Of a stretch of DNA of 64,000 nt, positions 58,431 to 64,000 are shown piece by piece; position 1 is the stretch's first letter, and each line of letters begins with the position of its first letter. Source of the stretch: Amphiscolops sp. MND2022 (taxonomy: Eukaryota); NCBI GenBank assembly GCA_964187785.1, contig OZ076409.1, positions 86,740,001 to 86,804,000 on the forward strand, read 5' to 3'. The notes under the pieces are model-generated. The model saw only the letters and a program-made list of their open reading frames with translations, was not told the DNA's origin and did not search any database. The translations under genes and the position numbers were made by a program.

Positions 58431-60150
58431 CACTATGGTAGCAAAAAGCTACGTACAGCTGAAAATTAAATCTCAGTCAGTTTGTGAAGAACTTTTCATT
58501 TTCATTCTCAACCGGAAGTGAAATCAATCACTCTTGAATTAAACATTGTTGAAAATGGTCAAACGTTTGGATTCATACGTTGTTTGCAAAATCGTTACAC
58601 TTCGCGAAATGGGTTTATCATACAAAGAAATTAAAGAAAAGTTGGGTCTTAAATCTCGATCGACAGCTCAAACAGCTTATCAGCGTTTTTTGAGAACGAA
58701 CTCTTATGTGGCGAAAAAACCTCCAGGCCGGCCAGAAAAGCTCAGCGAAAAAGAGCAAAGACTAATAGTTCGAAGAGTGGAAAAAGACCCAAAAACAACA
58801 TTAGAACGAGTAAGAGTACTGCAAAACTCTTTTTCAACGTCAAAGACAGTTTCTAAATGCACTATTCGAAGAATCCTGAAGAAGTACGGAATTGTTTCTA
58901 GAAAAGCCGCAAAAAAGTTTAACTTGAACAAAAAACAAAGGCTGGTCAGAAAACGCTGGTGCTCGAGAATGTTGAAAAAGCCCCTTGGTTTTTATCCAGC
59001 GTCAATTTTCACCGAAAATGGGAAAAAGTTATGGAATTTTTTGAAATAAAAAATATTTGAGAAAAATCTCAAAGTGCCGAAAAAACCAAAACGAAATAAA
59101 AAATTTTATCAAATCAATCACTTTGGTAGAGTGAACTAATAGCGCTTTTGATGGTGCTGTCAATGATACAAGACGAGAACATCTAAAGTCGGCGCTAAAC
59201 CTAAGGCTCAAAAAGCGCAAAGTGTAGAAACTCTGCTCAGAACTTTTATGAAAAGACAAAAAACCTCAAAACACCAAAATATCATAAAGTTTGAAAGGGG
59301 ACCCTTTACTCTCGTTCGGTTTCGTATGTTGCGTTAAAAAAGAGAAAATGAGAGGGGGGACCTTTTGCACTACCTTAGATGCATATTCGCTGGCCAGATT
59401 TGGGTGTTATTGTAAGCTTGAGGAAGGTTGTTTTTGTTTCACTCGAACTTTTGCATTTTTTTTCTGGAATTCGGCTGGATGGAAACTAGGCTTCTGGGAA
59501 AACGTCGTATTCTCAGACGAAACCCGTGTGCGCTTGAATAGTGATGGCGTTGTGTGGGTGTTCAGGAAAACTGGTCGTCGCCTTTGCCCGAAAAACATAC
59601 AGGGAATACGCACAGACAAAAGATCTATGATGTTTTGGGGGGCCATCAGATCAGATGGTAGAAAAATGCTAATTAAATGTCCCGCAACACTCAACAGTTA
59701 CGGATATTTGGAGATTTTAAAGCAATACGATCGACATTTGAATATACCGGATTTGGTGTTCCAGCAAGACAACGCCCCAGTACACAAAAGTGAAGTTGTT
59801 CGCAATTTTCTGGCCCAAGAGCAATGGGAGGTGCTGGATTGGCCAGCTTACAGTCCTGACCTGAATCCTATTGAAAATATTTGGGCCATTTTTAAAAAAA
59901 GCTTGCGAGGTCAGATTGTTACCTGGGATAATTTAGAAGAAAAGGTTATGGAAGTGTGGAACAACATAAACCCTGATGTTGTTCGCAACTTGTACTCATC
60001 GTATGAGAATCGTCTGGTGAAGGTAATCAAAAACCATGGTAGTTTGACGGTATATTGATTTATTATTTGTTTCAACAGTTGTTTCAAATTTTACTGTTCT
60101 GAGTTTTTTTTAAAAAATGTTGGTGTACGTAGCTTTTTGATACCATAGTG
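58431..60150 (+). mobile_element. Tc1 (DD34E) DNA transposon; transposase 58555-60058 split by a ~500-bp insert
   Basis: 27-bp TIR CACTATGGTA(G/T)CAAAAAGCTACGTACA and TA TSD. HTH with GRPEKL. Catalytic motifs VFSDETR, FQQDNAPVH and SPDLNPIENIW, with 34 aa between D and E. Confidence 0.95.
58988..59486. mobile_element. Short TIR insertion in the Tc1 transposase
   Basis: Imperfect TIR GTTTTTATCCAGC / GCTGGATGGAAAC with flanks TTG and TAG. Removal gives KKPLGFWENVVFSDE. Confidence 0.7.
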
Positions 60151-60343
60151 TAAAATGCGACGTTCTATAGAACGTAATTACCGACGACGAAAATTCTGAC
60201 GACGAAATTTTCGACGACAAAATTTTTGACGACAAAATTTCTGGTAATCTTCCGTTATATATACTAAATACGATTCAATTTAACAGATTTCGTTTGTTGG
60301 CGAATGAAGAGAAGGCATGTTGAATTTGATCCGGAAATGTGAA

Positions 60344-60815
60344 TCACAATCTAATCTTCTTGAATCTGAGCATTTTAAGTATTGCGTACTCCAGAAGTTC
60401 CAGTATTGAGATTACACTCACACCAAGCCACATTCCCAGTAGGCCGCCAACGTTGCTTAGGAAAGTAGAGAATGTCATCAAAGGAATTACCTCGTAAGTA
60501 ACCATTTGTTGCTCTCTGTGGAAGTGAAACGTCAAGCGGGCAACATTTGTCAACATTTCTTCTGCGACTGTCGAATTGCTTTCCATGTTCATTTTGTGCA
60601 GCAGCTCAGAAGGCCAATGAAACATTCTGTCCAGGAAACTTGACAACGTCTTCCAAAATTTTCTTTAGTTTGATAGGCAAGTTTTTGCCCCAATCTTTCA
60701 AAACAGAGGTTTTCAGTCTCGATTCTTGACATTTCGGAAGACATGAGGCGAAACATGCTTTGTCGAAACAAGATTTCGGTACTGAATAGTTTAGTCGCCA
60801 GAATAAATAAAGCAA
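60344..60815 (-). CDS. DEG/ENaC (amiloride-sensitive channel) family, 3' portion; frame change suggests a pseudogene or an unresolved splice
   Basis: CFASCLPKCQE in one frame. HWPSE..NVARLTFHF..FLSNVGGLLGMWLGVSVISILELLEY (TM2 with GxS filter) in another. Confidence 0.75.
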
Positions 60816-61004
60816 CCTTTAGTAAATCCATACTGTTTTCTATTCTGAAACCAAGAAATAGGTTTCAGACACACACAAAACTTTCATTGCATACAGTCGC
60901 ATATTACGTAATGCTATTTTGAATAATACATAGAACCAAAACAAGTTTGAACTACCGTTGAAATAAAACATTGAAATAAAACGCCGAAGATCTTTCTAAC
61001 GATT

Positions 61005-61962
61005 ATGGCCCTTGGACTTAGCAATATTTTACCATTCTCTGCTTTCGAAAAACTCAATAAAACTGAACTTTACCATTTATATTGCGAAGTTTATCAAAGC
61101 AGTTTACAAAAAGATCAAATTATTCAGAATTATTTGAAGAACATCAATGAAAAAGTTAGTTATCGACGATCCTCAGTGGATGATGCCCCTCAACGTGATG
61201 TTGGAACAGCTGTCAAAGCAAGTACAGGTAACAACAGGGGAACGCATCAGGTGAGAGAATTCCAGAATTATGTCCTAAAAGAAAAACAAACAAATTTGGT
61301 CATAGGTAGTAGTATAGTATCAAATCTCTGGAAAGATAGAACAATTCCAGATGACATTGCAATTCATGGATACCGAGGATCTGGAACTGAAGAGAAAATC
61401 AAAGTAATTGAGAAATACGATGACAAAAAGATGAATACTGTTATTATCCAAGATGGTACCAACTCAATATTGAAAAAGCAGCAGATAGATGTCCCACAGC
61501 TTTTCGGGAGTTATAAAAGTCTGGTTCAAGCTGTATTTGACAAATTTCACCCGGACCATCTAGTTCTCTGTGAGGTGCCTTTGGTAAAAGAATCTGAGAG
61601 AAACAAAGTAAAAAAATCGTCGTATCATGGAATACAACGAACTAATATCAAAGTTTGCTGAATCGGCAGATATCAGTACAAAACTGAAGGTACTGCCAGT
61701 GGCCAAGTGTATGCAGAGTTTTCCCAATATGAATGATCTTTTCTTTGATGAAATTCATTTCAATTTTGAAAATGGGCTACCTTTCTTGAAAAATGCACTA
61801 CTATCAGCTCTTCTTACAACATCGAATGGGTTTCCGTCCGACCAAAGACAGTACCGCCAGACAAGATACCCTCATAAAAGACAACAAATATATTCTTATG
61901 GACAATACCGGTATCCGCAGCAAACTTACAATTATCTATATGGTTTTAACAAACAGTTTTAA
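61005..61962 (+). CDS. LINE ORF1 with an SGNH esterase-like domain (one frameshift at ~61615)
   Basis: LVIGSSIV, IIQDGTN and DEIH blocks. Lies directly upstream of ORF2. Confidence 0.75.
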
Positions 61963-62010
61963 TCAATGGGAGTTACTTGAACTACGTTTCTGGTTCTACA
62001 CTACTAAATT

Positions 62011-64000
62011 ATGGTTACCTTCCTTCTTCTCCTAATTGGAATATCCGCCAACACAAGAGATGGAGACTCAGACGCATTCCACTTGTATTGTAAAAGCATG
62101 AAAGTTAATCCCCCAACAAATAATAATTTTCGTACAGTAACTTATGGGTTGAAATACTTTTGGGATGAACAATGTTTCTTGTACAGATATTTGATAATGC
62201 TACAATCTGGTGACATTGAACTGAACCCCGGACCCTTGAATATATACAAAGAGGTCACAAAAAAATTCAAAAAATTGATTGTAATCTGAAATTTTTTCAT
62301 GTAAACTGTCAAAGCATTGTACATAAAAAGAGACAACTAGAAATGATGATGCAAGATCTTGGAATAAACACTGTCTATGGCATATCTGAAACCTGGTTAA
62401 AAAGTGACAATGGAGCCACTTTTTGGGAGCTCAATAAAGACAATTTCAAAACTTTCCGATCCGATAGAAAAATGGTCATTAGGAATAAAGGTGGTGGAGT
62501 AATGCTTCTTGTACCTAAATCTCTGAACCCTAAAGAACGTAAAGATCTAAATTATTTGAATAAGAAATCATTTGAAAGCTTATGGGTCGAGTGTAATATT
62601 AATCATGGAACAAACAAAAAGAAGCAATTGATTAATATCAGTTACAATCCGAATAAATCTCTAATAAATAACTTTTTGGAAGAATTATCTACAAGCATTG
62701 ACTCAGCTATTGTAGAAAACAAACCGATTACACTCATGGGCGATTATAACATAGATTATCTGAATCCCAAAGAGAAAGTGTGTCTTGAAACAATACTCTT
62801 ACCATATGGTCTGCAGATTATGAATACTGAGCAACCAACTCGTGTAAAAGGAAACAGTGAATCATTAATTGACTTTATCATTACTGATCTCCCGAAATCT
62901 AAGTGTTTTGAAACGATAGTGTCAGATACGCCATTAAGAACATTGAAAAACGCTGAAATAGACCACTGGGCAACATCAACAATAACGTCGATTCAAATGA
63001 AAAAGAAATCAAAAGTTACTATCAAAGAAGTCTACGATAAAACAAATTATAATAAACACAGTTTCTGTCAAATAATAACCGAAAGCAACTGGAGTAATTT
63101 TTATAGTCAGAGTTGCCCAGAAGGAATGTTCTCTGTTTTCAATGATATTATTGAAAATGCGCTCCGAAGGTGTGCTCCGAAAAAAAAAGGTATTCATCAG
63201 GAACGACAAAAGTGACTTAGTCATACGTCAAAAATGGATTAAAAATGAAACGAAAAGACTTTATAATGGAATAACATCGAATATGAAACCTAACAACAAA
63301 GTCTACACTACACTAAAAAGTCAGTTTCTTGACAACATTCAGGACGATCAAGTGAACTATCAGACAAACTGGTTCAAGACTCTCACGACTGAAAAGGGAA
63401 AATGGAATTTTATCAATGAAGTTAGGAATGAAAAACGAACCAAAACAGAAATAAGAAGCTTAAGAAATTGTTTTGATGACATTGTCACTGATGAGAAAAA
63501 AGTTGCCAACCTTTTGAACTATCGCTTCTCCAAATTGGGTGACTACCTTGGTGAAACAAAAATCTATCCCAAATCGAATGAAGTTTTGTGTCAAAAAAAG
63601 TTTCAATTTCAACCCATAAGTCTTTTCCAATGCAAAAAACTGATCAAAAATATAAACATCAATAAACCTTTAGGCCCATCATCTATCCCTGCATGGGCTT
63701 TGAAAGATTGTCTTAATGTTATTGCTGAACCCCTCTGCTTTATGATAAATAGTTTCTTAGATCTAGGTGAGTTCCCCAATCATTTGAAACAAGCATTTGT
63801 TGTACCAATTTACAAAAAAGGCGATATCGAAGAACCTAAAAACTACCGACCGATTTCCATCACTTCGGCTCTATCAAAGATCTTTGAAACCGTTCTGAAG
63901 GATCAAATCGTCGAATTTTTGAACAAAAATAATCTTTTAAGTTACAGTCAGTTCGGTTTTCGCTCTCATTTTTCATCAGCAGATGCGCTGCTTTTCGCAA
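62011..64000 (+). mobile_element. CR1/L2-group LINE ORF2 (2A-like motif, APE endonuclease, start of RT); runs off the window end
   Basis: SGDIELNPGP, GISETWL, RSDR..GGGV, MGDYN, SLIDFI, VVPIYKKGD..NYRPISITS and QFGFR. Frameshifts at A-runs ~62260-62277 and ~63180. Confidence 0.9.

Noticed and set aside
41935..60250. AAATTTTGTCG repeats at ~41940 and their inverse at ~60180 as the ends of one giant element
   Set aside because: No matching terminal sequence or TSD could be identified. More likely separate MITE remnants.

Overview
AT-rich animal (invertebrate-like) genomic DNA made up mostly of nested, decaying mobile elements around one intact host gene. The host gene is a six-coding-exon JNK-type MAP kinase (28128-33488, TPY activation loop). 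The 3' end of a DEG/ENaC channel gene is also present. There are two degraded endogenous Polinton/Maverick (adintovirus-like) genomes. The partial one lies at 1-~7150. The near-complete one lies at ~42320-57717 and has candidate AGTAGT-ended TIRs, pPolB, major and minor capsid genes, an integrase remnant and two A32-like ATPases. Other elements: two solo LTRs, a gypsy-like 5' LTR with gag, a Copia with TG..GT ends, CRE-like and CR1/L2-like LINEs (one with a 2A-like motif), a Tc1 DD34E element, a hAT fragment, CATTA..TAATG MITEs, Helentron-like non-autonomous elements and two tandem duplications. The most unusual signal is a set of 18- and 21-bp GC-rich mini-hairpin micro-elements scattered through both AT-rich viral genomes, many of them as in-frame insertions in coding sequence. 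All calls come from manual reading of the sequence; no searches or alignments were run.
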